Origin: the human T2T-CHM13v2.0 reference genome, Homo sapiens
NCBI RefSeq assembly: GCF_009914755.1
Contig: NC_060935.1
Reading direction: 5' to 3' (one strand)
Length of the DNA: 64,000 nt
Each line of letters opens with the position of its first letter. Position 1 is the stretch's first letter. A program made the position numbers and the translations under genes. Below are positions 63,921-64,000 of this stretch, one piece after another. Below the pieces are notes generated by a model, which was not told where the DNA came from, ran no database searches, and worked only from the letters and a program-made list of their open reading frames with translations.

Positions 63921-64000
63921 TTTAAAATTTTTATTTTTAATTAACAACTAATGGTATATATTTAGTAAGTACAATGTGATGTTTTGATCTATACATTTTT

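Overview
Human genomic DNA covering the 5' part of the tyrosinase gene (TYR, 11q14.3) on the + strand. It includes about 3.5 kb of upstream sequence (TDE enhancer, GA repeat, M-box/E-box promoter), coding exon 1 (3613-4431), exon 2 (16861-17077) and exon 3 (53478-53625), and ends inside intron 3. The rest is mostly interspersed repeats: Alus including an AluYa5, a near full-length L1PA, old L1M fragments, Tigger1/Tigger3, Charlie1, MER45, MADE1, MaLR LTRs, MIR and L2. This allele carries c.-301C and c.575A (Tyr192) in cis. I found no new gene or multi-gene system; the other ORFs in the track are repeat-derived or overlap TYR exons. The most notable unexplained structures are: a ~690-bp imperfect palindrome in intron 1; a ~520-bp block of older (MIR/L2-bearing) DNA inside the L1PA 3' UTR; a young AluYa5 about 250 bp from the distal MITF enhancer; an open, extended ORF0-like frame in the otherwise dead L1; and a 25-bp templated insertion in Tigger1. 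Repeat subfamily names come from recalled consensus sequences, and most repeat boundaries are approximate.
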